Below, one piece after another: positions 1 through 9,754 of a stretch of 64,000 nt of DNA. This DNA comes from Candidatus Amunia macphersoniae (GTDB lineage Bacteria; Chloroflexota; Dormibacteria; Aeolococcales; Aeolococcaceae). The notes below the pieces were generated by a model, which did not search any database, was not told the origin of the DNA, and saw only the letters and a program-made list of their open reading frames with translations. Where the stretch lies: positions 3,328 to 67,327 of the forward strand of contig JAEKNN010000030.1 of the NCBI GenBank assembly GCA_016464795.1. Reading direction: 5' to 3'. Position 1 is the first letter of the stretch; every line of letters begins with the position of its first letter. The position numbers and the translations under genes are program-made.

Positions 1-1
1 G

Positions 2-370
2 CTCGCCGAACCGGATCCCGCCGCCGCTTTCCAAACCCACTGGCTCGCCCTCCCTGCCAGACTGCGGCTCTCAGACCACGAGCCCGATCGCCGGCCGATC
101 ACCGTCGAGCTTCGAACGGGCGACGAGCCGCTCACCCTCACCACCCGCGATGGCCGGATTGACGCCCGTCCGGGAGCCGCCGAGACCCCCGACCTCGTAC
201 TCGACGGCCCCCCACAGATCGTCATCGGCGTCCTGCTCGGTACGCTCGAACCCGATCAAGCCCAAGCACACGGCCTGCGCCACGAGGGCGACATCGCACT
301 CCTGCGCCGGGTGCAGCCGCGGACCCCCGGCGCCCGTCCTAACGACCTCATCTCCCCGACGGTCGCCTAA
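2..370 (+). CDS. 3' part of a gene cut by the window edge; probable HxlR-family regulator with SCP2-like C-terminal domain
   Basis: Frame 2 is open from the edge: LAEPDPAAAFQTHWLALPARLRL...ITVELRTGDEPL...PDLVLDGPPQIVIGVLLG...GLRHEGDIALLRRV, TAA at 368-370. Not in the ORF track because the start lies outside the window. Confidence 0.5.
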   Translation, partial: LAEPDPAAAFQTHWLALPARLRLSDHEPDRRPITVELRTGDEPLTLTTRDGRIDARPGAAETPDLVLDGPPQIVIGVLLGTLEPDQAQAHGLRHEGDIALLRRVQPRTPGARPNDLISPTVA

Positions 371-564
371 CGCTGCTTCTCGGTCGGGTCACAGCGACCG
401 GCTTAGACGTCCGACCGACCGAAGATCGGCACGAGCCAAGTGTTGCGAGCACCCGGTGCCGTCGAGTTATCGCGCATACACGGCAACATGTCCGGCTGCC
501 GGTCGAAACGCGGGTCTGCCACGGGCGTCCGACTCCAGCGATGTGCCTCGGGCATGATTACTCC

Positions 565-1035
565 ATGCCGGAGTCGGTCTGGGACTACCCTCGTCCGCCG
601 CGGTGTGCGCCGACGGCGAAGCGGGTGCAGGTCATCCTCGGAGACTTGGTCATCGCCGACACCACGCGCGCGCATCGGGTCCTCGAGACCAGCCATCCTC
701 CCGTCTACTACATCCCCCGCGAGGACATCGTCGGCGGCGCACTGCAACCGTCTGGCGGACTCGGAAGCTTCTGCGAGTGGAAGGGCGCTGCGTCGTACCT
801 CGACGTCATCGGCGGTGATGGCCACCGCGCGGCGCGCGCAGCATGGATCTACGCGAAGCCAACTCCGGCCTTCGCGGCGATCGCGGACGCCGTCGCCTTC
901 TACCCCGGCCGCATGGGCCAGTGCACCGTGGACGGCGAGGACGTGCAGGCTCAGGAGGGGGACTTCTACGGCGGGTGGATCACCTCCGACATCGTCGGAC
1001 CGTTCAAGGGCGGGAGGGGAACGATCGGCTGGTGA
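565..1035 (+). CDS. DUF427 domain protein
   Basis: ESVWDYPRPP start, RVLETSHPPVYYIP, SFCEWKGAASY and FYGGWIT..VGPFKG motifs. Start placed at ATG 565, 6 nt after CATGAT. Confidence 0.85.
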   Translation: MPESVWDYPRPPRCAPTAKRVQVILGDLVIADTTRAHRVLETSHPPVYYIPREDIVGGALQPSGGLGSFCEWKGAASYLDVIGGDGHRAARAAWIYAKPTPAFAAIADAVAFYPGRMGQCTVDGEDVQAQEGDFYGGWITSDIVGPFKGGRGTIGW

Positions 1036-1129
1036 CCCGGGCTGTCAGCCGCCGAAACAACCCAGATCTCCTCAGCGATTGCAAGTTCACCAGGTGGACC
1101 CTCCAACCTTCACCCCCGAACAGGAAGGG

Positions 1130-1326
1130 CTACGACAGGATCTCGACGTACCCGTCCGTCCCATGCACGCGGATGTCTTCCTTCTCACACAGCAGGTGTG
1201 CAAGCACCAGGCGCTCGGCTTCTTCCAGCAGGGCCTGCTCTTGGACGAAGTAGCGGCTGGCCATGCCGTACTTCGGATACTCGCGGTACCCGATAAACGC
1301 GCGAACCCGGTCGATCATCCGCTTGG
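1130..1326 (-). pseudogene. rph: Remnant of rifamycin phosphotransferase / PEP-utilising enzyme with a large internal deletion
   Basis: KRMIDRVRAFIGYREYPKYGMASRYF..QALLEEAERLV..EKEDI (central RPH segment) is joined directly to RVHGTDGYVEILS (RPH C-terminus). About 65 aa remain. Confidence 0.7.
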
Positions 1327-1456
1327 CGGGATGGATTCTCTGACCATGCGCAGGCTCGGACAGGAGCTCCACTCCAGCAGGTCGGAATTGGCAAGCGTTT
1401 GGCGCCCGGGCCACGGATCAAGCACGGCGCCACGTGCTCTGGCACGATCACTTCCT

Positions 1457-1840
1457 GTGACGAGTCGCATCGCGTGCGTATGCATCGACTCCGTCGATCC
1501 CTTCCCCTTGGCCGAGTTCTGGATGGCGGTTCTCGGCTGGGTGATCGTCGACCGGGACGACACCGGAGTGAGCCTGGCCGCTCCGGGGACGAGGATGCCG
1601 ACTCTCGACATCTTCAAGGTGCCGGAGGGCAAGGTGGTGAAGAACCGCCTGCATCTCGACCTGCGGGCCGACGGGTGCAGCACCGCGGAAGAGCTGGACC
1701 GGCTCCTGGGATTGGGGGCGACCCGGGCGAACGTCGGCCAGGGTCCGGACGTCTCCTGGGTCGTCCTGGCTGACCCCGAGGGCAACGAGTTCTGCTTGCT
1801 GAAACGGACCGCGCAGGAGGTCGACACGGCCGCTGACTGA
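1457..1840 (+). CDS. VOC / glyoxalase family protein
   Basis: IDSVDPFPLAEFWMAVLGW, KVPEGKVVKNRLHLDL and WVVLADPEGNEFC motifs; GTG start at 1457 inside the long 440..1840 ORF. Confidence 0.85.
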   Translation: MTSRIACVCIDSVDPFPLAEFWMAVLGWVIVDRDDTGVSLAAPGTRMPTLDIFKVPEGKVVKNRLHLDLRADGCSTAEELDRLLGLGATRANVGQGPDVSWVVLADPEGNEFCLLKRTAQEVDTAAD

Positions 1841-2145
1841 ACGCCGCCAACCCAGGACGACGCCTGCACTGGTCGCGGATCGCGGCCGCGCGGCCGTAGT
1901 GCCCAGGCACCGGAGTGTGCAGGCCCAGCCCTGAGTGACGATGCTCGCCACACGCGCGCCCGAGGGCCGCCCCGCCCTACAGCACGGCCAGCCTCGTCGT
2001 GTCGGCTACGGGGCTTGGCTGTGCCGTCGAAGACCGCCTGGCTGCGCGGGACTGCCGGGCACAAGAGCCCTGAGATCCTCCAGGAAAGCCGATGCGATAT
2101 CGCGGGCGGTACCCTGTCTCGACCACACGAAAGAGGAGTGAGCGA

Positions 2146-2682
2146 ATGGGCGACTTCCTGACCGATGTCACGGACCTTCGCAAGCGCGCCCGCGAGCACA
2201 TTGAGCAGGGTCCGATCACCTCTGCCTACGGCGCGGACCGCGACCGGGTCATTGAGGTCCTCAATCAGGCGCTGGCGACAGAGCTGGTCTGCGTCCTGCG
2301 CTACAAACGCCACTACTTCACTGCCAGCGGCATCGAGGCTGGTCCGGTCGCGGCGGAGTTCCTGCAGCATGCCACCGAAGAGATGGGACACGCTGACCAG
2401 ATCGCCATGCGCATAACGCAGCTTCAGGGGCAGCCCAACTTCGACCCGGCCACGCTCAGCGAGCGCAGCCATTCGGAGTACGACGCGAGCACCGGTCTTG
2501 GAGACATGATCAAAGAGGACCTCGTCGCGGAGCGGGTCGCCATCGCGTCATATAACGAAATCATCAGGTGGCTCGGCGACAAGGATGTCACCACGCGACG
2601 CATGCTGGAGACGATCCTTGCCGTCGAGGAGGAGCACGCGACGGACCTCCTCAGCCTGCTCGAGCAGGTCGGCAGAGTCTAG
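2146..2682 (+). CDS. Ferritin-like / bacterioferritin family protein
   Basis: ALATELVCVLRYKRHY, EEMGHAD, EDLVAERVAI and EEEHA di-iron motifs; RBS GAGGAG upstream of ATG 2146. Confidence 0.85.
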   Translation: MGDFLTDVTDLRKRAREHIEQGPITSAYGADRDRVIEVLNQALATELVCVLRYKRHYFTASGIEAGPVAAEFLQHATEEMGHADQIAMRITQLQGQPNFDPATLSERSHSEYDASTGLGDMIKEDLVAERVAIASYNEIIRWLGDKDVTTRRMLETILAVEEEHATDLLSLLEQVGRV

Positions 2683-2939
2683 TCAATCCAGCCGCGGGGC
2701 GGACTTGCGGGAAGATCTTCGGGGTTGGCGCCAAGACGACGCTCGACATCGACCGCACCATGGCTCAGGCCCTGCACACGGCCCCGCTCTGCAGCGCTGC
2801 TGATCCGCCTCACCGCCATCTGAGGCGATGCGGCGAACCCGCTCCGTAGAACGGCCACAGCGAAGGCCGGGCCGGCGCCCTTCACGCCCTTGCTCGCCAC
2901 CCCGTTGCGCAAGGGCTGCAAAGCGCGCCACTGCGTGGC

Positions 2940-3791
2940 TTGGCTCGATATGCTGGCTGGCTATGTGGCAGGCTAGCGGGCCGCGGGCTGAGGCGGCGGA
3001 CAAGCGATCCGAGCTCCTGTGTCCCTCGGCAGCGATTCCCCACCGAGCGTCGCGCCGTGAGGTGGAAACGCAGCACAGAGCGGCAGCCGCCCGCGGCGGC
3101 GGAGGCACCCGCCGCGGCACCAACCCCCGCGCCCGTAGGGCTTGCCGGAGACCTGCAGTGCGAAAGGTCAGGATGCGAGGCCCGTAATGGGACGCCTTGC
3201 CGCTACGTCGATCGCAGGGGGCGGCAGTGCGGGACAGCGTGGTGCCCGGGCCACCAGATGGTGGCCTCCGGCCGACCGTACTGCTCCCGCCACGGCAACA
3301 TCATGGCCGGCGTGTTCGAGGGGACGATTCTCGCGGCGCCTCTTCCCGACATCGACAATCGCGCTCCAGGGCTGGTCCGTGCCGTGGGCCGAGCCGTGGA
3401 ACCGCACATGACCAAACTGCTCGGGGAGCAGCGAGAGGAAGGTTCCGAGCTCACTGCTCGCCCGGTGGGCATCGCCTATCTCGGCATCGAGCGCCGGCGC
3501 GCCTGGACACGGCGCTGGGCTTTGGCCTCCCACACGGGCGTATCTGTAGCCGTGGTGCTGCTCGTCGACGAGGAGCGTCCCAGCCTGTTGAGCGTCACCG
3601 TCGACGGCAACGAGGTGTTCCGTACAGAGCGGTGGGCCCTGACGGCCTTGAGGGTCGGTGCCGGAAAGGAGCTGACCCAACTTGACGAGGTGGTTGGCGA
3701 GATGGTCACGGCGGTGCTCGCGGCGGTGACGAAGCGTCTCGCTGAGCTCCTGGCGGAGGCGGCGCGGGCGAAGATGAGTCGACATCCATGA
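2940..3791 (+). CDS. Hypothetical protein with a Cys/His-rich putative zinc finger (true start probably near 3057)
   Basis: CERSGC..PCRY..CGTAWCPGH..PYCSRH cluster; the stop overlaps the next ATG (ATGA at 3788-3791). Confidence 0.6.
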   Translation: MARYAGWLCGRLAGRGLRRRTSDPSSCVPRQRFPTERRAVRWKRSTERQPPAAAEAPAAAPTPAPVGLAGDLQCERSGCEARNGTPCRYVDRRGRQCGTAWCPGHQMVASGRPYCSRHGNIMAGVFEGTILAAPLPDIDNRAPGLVRAVGRAVEPHMTKLLGEQREEGSELTARPVGIAYLGIERRRAWTRRWALASHTGVSVAVVLLVDEERPSLLSVTVDGNEVFRTERWALTALRVGAGKELTQLDEVVGEMVTAVLAAVTKRLAELLAEAARAKMSRHP

Positions 3792-4285
3792 TGAGCTACC
3801 CCCAACCGGACGATGAGCAGGATCGCCAGGCAGCCGTGGCCCGCCTCGACGGCCGCGCTCCCGGCGCTCAGGACACCTGGGACGACATCACGCGGCTGGC
3901 GTCGCTGATTTGCGAGACGCCTATGGCTCTGGTCACCGTCATCGACGGCGCGCGGCAGTGGTTCATGTCACAGGTGGGCATGGACGCGACCGAGACCACG
4001 CGCGACGTTGCCTTCTGCGCACACGCCATTCTCGAACCCGACCGGCCAATGGTCATCCCGGATGCCAGCGAGGACCCCATCTTCGCCACTAACCCCGCCG
4101 TCACCGAGGCTGGCGGCATCCGCTTCTACGCTGGGCTTCCACTGCGCTGCGGCGAGCAGCCCCTGGGCACGCTCTGCGTCGTCGATCGCCGCCCTCGTGA
4201 GTTGCGCGCCGACCAACTTGAGGCGCTGACGCTCCTTGCGCGCATCGCCGAGCGGCAATTCGAGTCGGCGACGGCGATCGACTGA
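3788..4285 (+). CDS. Stand-alone GAF domain protein
   Basis: DDITRLASLICETPMALV, RQWF, ETTRDVAFCAHAI, IRFYAGLPL and LGTLCVVDRRPR motifs. Confidence 0.85.
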   Translation: MMSYPQPDDEQDRQAAVARLDGRAPGAQDTWDDITRLASLICETPMALVTVIDGARQWFMSQVGMDATETTRDVAFCAHAILEPDRPMVIPDASEDPIFATNPAVTEAGGIRFYAGLPLRCGEQPLGTLCVVDRRPRELRADQLEALTLLARIAERQFESATAID

Positions 4286-4600
4286 CCAGGCTACCACCTC
4301 TCGCACTCGACCAGCAGGTGTCGTCGCAACGTGATGCACCGGAGCTCCAGCGCGGGTGGAGTCATTCAGGCTCGCTTGCTCCTGCTGTAGTCAGATGCAG
4401 TATCGGTGCAATGGTTGATGAGGAACCAGACGAGGACAACCAGGCCACCAACCGCTGGTTTCGGCTCTTTCACTCGGCACCAGTAGGCATCGCATAGGCT
4501 TCGTCCGACGGTCGCTCCGTGCTCGTTCCCCTGCGTCTCGGCTGCGTTACGGATGTCGCACGCCGGTCCCGGTGGTGTCGGTTGCACCTACGATCCGGCC

Positions 4601-5665
4601 ATGATCACCGACCCCACCGGGACGAGCGAGCTGGCGCACGTCGCCCGCCCACTGCTCACCCTCATGCACCGCCTCAGCGGTCTCGAGACCACCTTTATCA
4701 GCCGCATCGACTGGGCCGACCAGCGCCAGGAAGTCGTGGTGGCCTTAAACACCGACGGTGGGCTCCAGATCGCTGAGAAGTCGTGGGTCGACTGGTCGGA
4801 CTCGATGTGTCGCTGGATCTTCCTGAGCGGGCATGAGCAGAGCACCGACGTGGCCGGCGACTTCCCGGGCAGCCTCGGCGACGTCCATCTCGGGATGAAG
4901 ACGTTCGTGGCCGTCCCGATCGTCACTGGTGAGGACGAGGTGCTCGGTACCGTTTGCGGCGCCAGCCGCGCCACCATCCCCGTCGCCGAGGAGACGTTGG
5001 AGATGATGCGGCTCGTCTCGCAGGCGCTCGGCCACCTCATGGAGAGCGAGGTCGCCGCACGAGCCGACCGTCTCCGCGCCGAGCACGCCGAACTCGACTC
5101 CATGGCCATGCGCGCGCAGGCCGCCGACGCTGTCAACGTGGCCCAGGCGCTCGAGACGCTCGCGCTCATCGACTCGCTCACCGGGCTTGCCAACCGCCGC
5201 GGCTTCATGGTGCGACTCGAGGAGGAACTGGCCCGCTCGGGTCGGCACGACTACCCCATCGCCGTGCTCCGCCTCGACATCGACAAGTTCAAGGCCGTCA
5301 ACGACACCCACGGCCACGACGCCGGTGACCGCGTGCTCGCCACGCTCGGCGCGGTACTGGGCGACGTCGCCCGCGTCGAGGACGTCTCCGGTCGACCCGG
5401 CGGCGACGAGTTCGCCGTGGCCCTCCCGTACTGCAACACTGGCGGTGCGCGTGACATCGCCGCACGCATCGCGGACGAGTTCGCGGCCGCGCAGACTTTC
5501 CTGCCCCACCCGTGCACGGTGAGCATCGGCATCGCCAACAGCCTGCTTACTCCGCGCCGGGAGATCTGGGAGGCTGCCGACCGCGCTCTGTACGCCGCGA
5601 AGCGTGCGGGTGGCAACGGCACACACACCTGGCCAGGTGCATTGACGGAGGCGGCCATCGCCTGA
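4601..5665 (+). CDS. GAF-GGDEF diguanylate cyclase
   Basis: N-terminal GAF; DSLTGLANRR, LDIDKFKAVNDTHGHDAGD, intact GGDEF, and ADRALYAAK. Confidence 0.9.
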   Translation: MITDPTGTSELAHVARPLLTLMHRLSGLETTFISRIDWADQRQEVVVALNTDGGLQIAEKSWVDWSDSMCRWIFLSGHEQSTDVAGDFPGSLGDVHLGMKTFVAVPIVTGEDEVLGTVCGASRATIPVAEETLEMMRLVSQALGHLMESEVAARADRLRAEHAELDSMAMRAQAADAVNVAQALETLALIDSLTGLANRRGFMVRLEEELARSGRHDYPIAVLRLDIDKFKAVNDTHGHDAGDRVLATLGAVLGDVARVEDVSGRPGGDEFAVALPYCNTGGARDIAARIADEFAAAQTFLPHPCTVSIGIANSLLTPRREIWEAADRALYAAKRAGGNGTHTWPGALTEAAIA

Positions 5666-5862
5666 CCGGGCCAACCCGGACTCACACGCGGTGTACGCGC
5701 ATCTCGGCGGAGAGTCGGCGGCTCGCAACGGCTACAGCTCGCCCTTCACCTGAGGCGCAACTCCAGCCGTGCCACGCGCCCGCGAGTCACATCCCCGGAC
5801 CGGAACGTTGTCGCGCAGCACGGCCGCGACGCGGGGATCACCGAGGGTGAAGGTGTCTCCGC

Positions 5863-5920
5863 CCCGGAGTCGTCGATGAGCCGGAACCTGTCGACGTCAA
5901 GCAGCAGCAAGCCCGGCGCC
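5863..5920 (-). pseudogene. Short remnant resembling the start of a GGDEF domain
   Basis: GLLLLDVDRFRLIDDSG resembles the LxxLDxDxFKxxNDxxG motif; nothing else of the domain follows. Confidence 0.35.
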
Positions 5921-6069
5921 ACTTGATCCGGCGCCACCTCGGCGGAGCGCCGCCTCGGACTGTCGAGATGTGCCGCGGCCAAATGTGCCCACCTAGGCCC
6001 GCGGGAACAGCTCATGATCAGATCACCGTGGATCTACGGGAAAGTAGTGACTCTGGAAAACCAAATCCA

Positions 6070-6430
6070 CTACCTGTCGAAGCCGGACGCTGGCGTGAGC
6101 GGACTCCGGAACTCAATGAATCCCTCTGGGGACATGGTCTCCAAGCAAGCGAGTTGGTGGTGGAGTACGTCTTCCACCAGCAAAACGCGACGGAGGGCAG
6201 TCCCAGCGCCGAGGCAGTCTCCGTTCAAGAGTCGGAACCAGAGTTCATAGCCCTGATGGATCACCCCGAATAGCATCTCGTCATGAGCTGCCGCGGTCAG
6301 GGATCGTTGAAGTTCGAGCAAGCGGGGGATCAGGAGATAACTTTCGTAGTCAGTGGCCGTCGCGGCAGATGGACTGTCTACGGCGGTGTTGGCCGTGGCG
6401 GTGCGCGGCGAGCTCGGCGACGTTACGTCG
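6070..6430 (-). pseudogene. kynA: Truncated tryptophan 2,3-dioxygenase
   Basis: DYESYLLIPRLLELQ, HDEMLFGVIHQGYELWF and ETMSPEGFIEFR..LTPASGF motifs, then a stop where the family continues ASGFQS. The C-terminal half with the heme ligand is missing. Confidence 0.8.
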
Positions 6431-7276
6431 TCAGGTGGGGTCGCGCAGCATCTCATCGAGGAACCGGGCTACGGTGCTGGCCGCATCAGCGTGCCCCCTT
6501 TCCCACAGGCTATCCATCAAGGCGGAAGCCACGATGACGGCTTCGCACGCGCCCTTCATGGAGTCCAAATGAGCGCGTCCGGATATTCCGAAGCCGAGCG
6601 CGCGCGGCATCAACGTGCAATTGCGAACACGGGTAAGCAGATCGTATGCCTCTGGACCGACGTTCTGCCGCGCCCCCGTAGTACCGGTGACGCTGACGCA
6701 GTACACGAATCCCGTTGCCTGCTCGCAAGTCTCGCGGATTCGACTGTCCGGCGTCGTGGGGGCGACCATGGGAACGAAGGCCAGTCCCAAGGATTGACAG
6801 ATCGCTCGAAGTCCGAGACTCTCCTCGAGCGGAAGGTCTGGCACGATGACTCCGTCGACTCCCGAATGCACGGCGTCAAAGACGAACCGTCCAAGGCCAT
6901 ACGCATGGATGAGATTGAAGCACGTCATCACGACGAGGGGGATCGAAACACCATGCGCGCGGGCGCTGCTGGCCTGCTCCAACCCCAAGCCGAGGGTCAT
7001 GCCATTGTCGATCGCCAAGCGGCCAGTCTTTTGAATGGTCGGTCCGTCCGCCAGCGGATCACTGTGCGGTATCCCAATCTCTGCGGCGAGGCATCCGGCT
7101 AGTTCAAATTCGCGAAGGATGCGGACGGTGTCATCGAGCTTCGGGAAGCCGGCGGTGATGTAGGGGATGACACCTGGGCCCGCGTTGGGAGGCCGTGAGG
7201 CGAACGCCGTTGCCAAGCTTGGCCGTTCCGGCTCTGATTGCGCAACCGAAGTCGCGGCCGTCCCAAGTCGACCCAC
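6431..7276 (-). CDS. trpA: Tryptophan synthase alpha subunit
   Basis: PYITAGFP, EIGIPHSDPLADGPTIQ, DGVIVPDLP, GFVYCVSVTGTTGAR and GFGIS motifs. Confidence 0.95.
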   Translation of the reverse strand: MGRLGTAATSVAQSEPERPSLATAFASRPPNAGPGVIPYITAGFPKLDDTVRILREFELAGCLAAEIGIPHSDPLADGPTIQKTGRLAIDNGMTLGLGLEQASSARAHGVSIPLVVMTCFNLIHAYGLGRFVFDAVHSGVDGVIVPDLPLEESLGLRAICQSLGLAFVPMVAPTTPDSRIRETCEQATGFVYCVSVTGTTGARQNVGPEAYDLLTRVRNCTLMPRALGFGISGRAHLDSMKGACEAVIVASALMDSLWERGHADAASTVARFLDEMLRDPT

Positions 7277-7279
7277 AGC

Positions 7280-8479
7280 TCAGCCAAGCTCAGGTACGCG
7301 CGCCCGGATGGTATCGATGTCCTTGTCGCCGCGACCGGACAGGCAGACCAGTACGATTTCGTCGGGACGCCTCCCCGCGGCCTGCGTCATCGCCGCCGCA
7401 ACTGCATGGCTGGATTCGAGTGCAGGCAAGATTCCCTCGAGCTGACACAGCTGCTTGAGGGCATCCAGACAGTCGCCGTCGGAAATCGCGAGGTACTCGA
7501 CCCGTCTGCTGTCCTTCAGAAACGCATGCTCCGGACCGACTCCCGGATAGTCGAGGCCCGCGCTGACGGAGTGCGTGGGCAGTATCTGTCCATGGCCATC
7601 TTGCAGAAGGTAGGTGAGCGTCCCATGCAACGTGCCCGGTGTGCCGATGCTCAGAGACGCAGCATTGCGGCCGCAGACGAGACCCTCACCCGCGGCCTCC
7701 GCGCCAACCAGGCGAACGTCGGCGTCTCCAATAAATGCCGTGAACATTCCGATGGCGTTGCTGCCGCCTCCAACACATGCGACGACGACGTCGGGAAGCT
7801 GCTTCCATCTCTCCAATCCATCGGCCCTGGCCTCGTCGCCAATAACACGCTGAAGGTCGCGGACGAGAACGGGGTATGGGTGAGGGCCGATCGCGCTGCC
7901 GATCACGAAATGCGTGTCTCGAACGTTAGCCACCCAATCCCGGATGGCAGCCGCGGTGGCATCCGTAAGGGTCTGCGAACCAGTAGTCACCTCGCGGACC
8001 TCTGCCCCCATGAGGCGCATCTTGTAGACGTTGAGAGCTTGACGCCGCATGTCCTCGGCACCCATGTACACCACACACCGGAGGCCCAGCGCCGCACACG
8101 CAGTCGCCGTTGCCACGCCGTGCTGTCCCGCCCCTGTCTCAGCAACGATCCGGGTCTTGCCCATGCGCCTTGCCAGCAGGACCTGACCAATGGCGTTGTT
8201 GATCTTGTGAGCACCGGTGTGCAAGAGATCCTCGCGCTTGAGCCAGATCTGCGCGCCACCCACACGTTGGGTGAGTCGGCCCGCGTACGTCATCGGCGTT
8301 GGCCGACCTGCGCTATCGGTCAACCAGCCACGAAGTTCCTCAAGAAAGAGCGGGTCCGCCATGGCAACAGGGATTTCGTGCTCGAGCTCGTTGAGGGCGG
8401 GCACGACGGTCTCCGGAACGTAAGCTCCCCCATATTCCCCAAATCGGCCTGGAGCGGTTGCTTCGAGCGTCGCCGACAT
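7280..8479 (-). CDS. trpB: Tryptophan synthase beta subunit
   Basis: KREDLLHTGAHKINN (PLP lysine), AETGAGQHGVAT, CVGGGSNAIG, SAGLDYPGVGPEH and LSGRGDKD motifs. Confidence 0.97.
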   Translation of the reverse strand: MSATLEATAPGRFGEYGGAYVPETVVPALNELEHEIPVAMADPLFLEELRGWLTDSAGRPTPMTYAGRLTQRVGGAQIWLKREDLLHTGAHKINNAIGQVLLARRMGKTRIVAETGAGQHGVATATACAALGLRCVVYMGAEDMRRQALNVYKMRLMGAEVREVTTGSQTLTDATAAAIRDWVANVRDTHFVIGSAIGPHPYPVLVRDLQRVIGDEARADGLERWKQLPDVVVACVGGGSNAIGMFTAFIGDADVRLVGAEAAGEGLVCGRNAASLSIGTPGTLHGTLTYLLQDGHGQILPTHSVSAGLDYPGVGPEHAFLKDSRRVEYLAISDGDCLDALKQLCQLEGILPALESSHAVAAAMTQAAGRRPDEIVLVCLSGRGDKDIDTIRARVPELG

Positions 8480-8505
8480 CGCCTCTCCTAACTCCGGCGC
8501 TTGAC

Positions 8506-9342
8506 TCAGTTGTTGGCGCTGACCGGCGCCACCTCGGCGAGGGAGTGCGCCGAGAGGATCGAAGCGGCGATGGGTAGGTACTCCGCCGTGAATGCGACGC
8601 CCTTCTTTTCCACGACGAGTTCGATCCGCTCAGGAGCCATGTACGCCTGGTCGTACACGAAGGGCACACCTGTTGCGGCGAACGTGATCCGGTGTGACAG
8701 CAGCGTCGGGCATCCGGGCGTCACCTGCAGCGCTCGGGCTACCGACGTGGGAGCTGCGCACGCAGTCACGTGCTCACGGTATGACGTGGGAGTGAATCCG
8801 CCACCCTCGCGGAGCATGACGTACAGCGACCGCGAAGCATCGTACTGCCGCATGACGTTATGAAACCTTCCCGCCATGAACGATCGCTGATGGACTACGG
8901 GCAGCCCGCCAACACTTCGGAGCCGGGTTAAGACGGACAAACCTGCTCTCGCACGCAGGCCGAGCATCTCGGCAGCCTTCGGCTCCTCAACACTGGCGTC
9001 CAACCCCAGGACGGCTGTGGAGAGACCGATGTGGTGGGCGTTCATCTCTTCGGTGAAGCCCCCCAGGCTAACGATCTCATGGCCGGCGCCCACCGATGCA
9101 ACAAACGTCCCTAACCCATGCTCAACCACAAGGAGTCCCTCCTGACAGAGCAGGTCCAGAGCCTGGCGGACAGTCATCATCGCCGTGCCAAAGTGCGAGG
9201 CGAGGTCACGCTGCGATGGAAGCGGCTCATCCGCCTCGTACTCACCGCTGAGAATCCGGCTACGTAGCGCGTCGGCGATGATCTGATATCGAGCCACGTC
9301 GCCTCCGAGCACTCTTCTAGAACAGTCCTTGAACTCTATCAT
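8506..9342 (-). CDS. GntR family regulator (HutC type, UTRA domain)
   Basis: YQIIADALRSRILSGEY..LPSQRDLA..TVRQAL..GLGTFV winged HTH; C-terminal UTRA-like region (SLYVML). Confidence 0.9.
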   Translation of the reverse strand: MIEFKDCSRRVLGGDVARYQIIADALRSRILSGEYEADEPLPSQRDLASHFGTAMMTVRQALDLLCQEGLLVVEHGLGTFVASVGAGHEIVSLGGFTEEMNAHHIGLSTAVLGLDASVEEPKAAEMLGLRARAGLSVLTRLRSVGGLPVVHQRSFMAGRFHNVMRQYDASRSLYVMLREGGGFTPTSYREHVTACAAPTSVARALQVTPGCPTLLSHRITFAATGVPFVYDQAYMAPERIELVVEKKGVAFTAEYLPIAASILSAHSLAEVAPVSANN

Positions 9343-9442
9343 CCTGCCGCCGGCGAGTCAATGGAGGGCTCGTTACCCTGCTCACCAGTTGCGGGGGGCA
9401 GCGCTTCCTGGGTTTCGTGGATGCTCCATCGCTTGAGATTCT

Positions 9443-9754
9443 CTACGGCTTGTCGAAGATGTCGTGGCCACCGACGCGGCGCCAGCGGATCATCGGCTGG
9501 CCGTCGATGGTCCGCCATTCAAACGTGGCGCGACCGTCGGGGCCACTGAAACTCCAGGTCATCTCCATGATCCCAGCCGCTCCCTTGAGCGACTTCACCC
9601 TCAGTCCCCGCGGCCACGGGCGTATGGGGTCCTGGGCACGCGCATCACACGCAGGGATGAAGTGATCGTGCAGGGCCGTACGAAACAGCGCCTGCTCTCC
9701 GGCCGAGAGCCTCCGCCAGTCACCGTCGAAGGCCGGAGCGGTGCTGAACTTCAC
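9443..9754 (-). CDS. Putative RelE/ParE-fold toxin
   Basis: 103 aa; F..DWRRL, LRVKSLKG..GIMEMTW..DGRATF and WRRVGGHDIF. Start overlaps the antitoxin stop (GTGA). Confidence 0.65.
   Translation of the reverse strand: MKFSTAPAFDGDWRRLSAGEQALFRTALHDHFIPACDARAQDPIRPWPRGLRVKSLKGAAGIMEMTWSFSGPDGRATFEWRTIDGQPMIRWRRVGGHDIFDKP

Noticed and set aside
440-1456. Long 466-aa ORF 440..1840
   Set aside because: Only the last 127 codons look like a real VOC gene; the rest is a shadow frame over the DUF427 gene and the rph remnant.
4286-4590. Relatively AT-rich spacer with a 73-aa minus-strand ORF
   Set aside because: No start context or family motif; no tRNA or terminal-repeat structure seen.
7238-8491. 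417-aa plus-strand ORF and many similar long antisense ORFs (e.g. 19968..21113, 26756..28303, 38818..40095, 40140..41441)
   Set aside because: They are antisense shadows of well-supported genes, expected in high-GC DNA, and have no motifs of their own.
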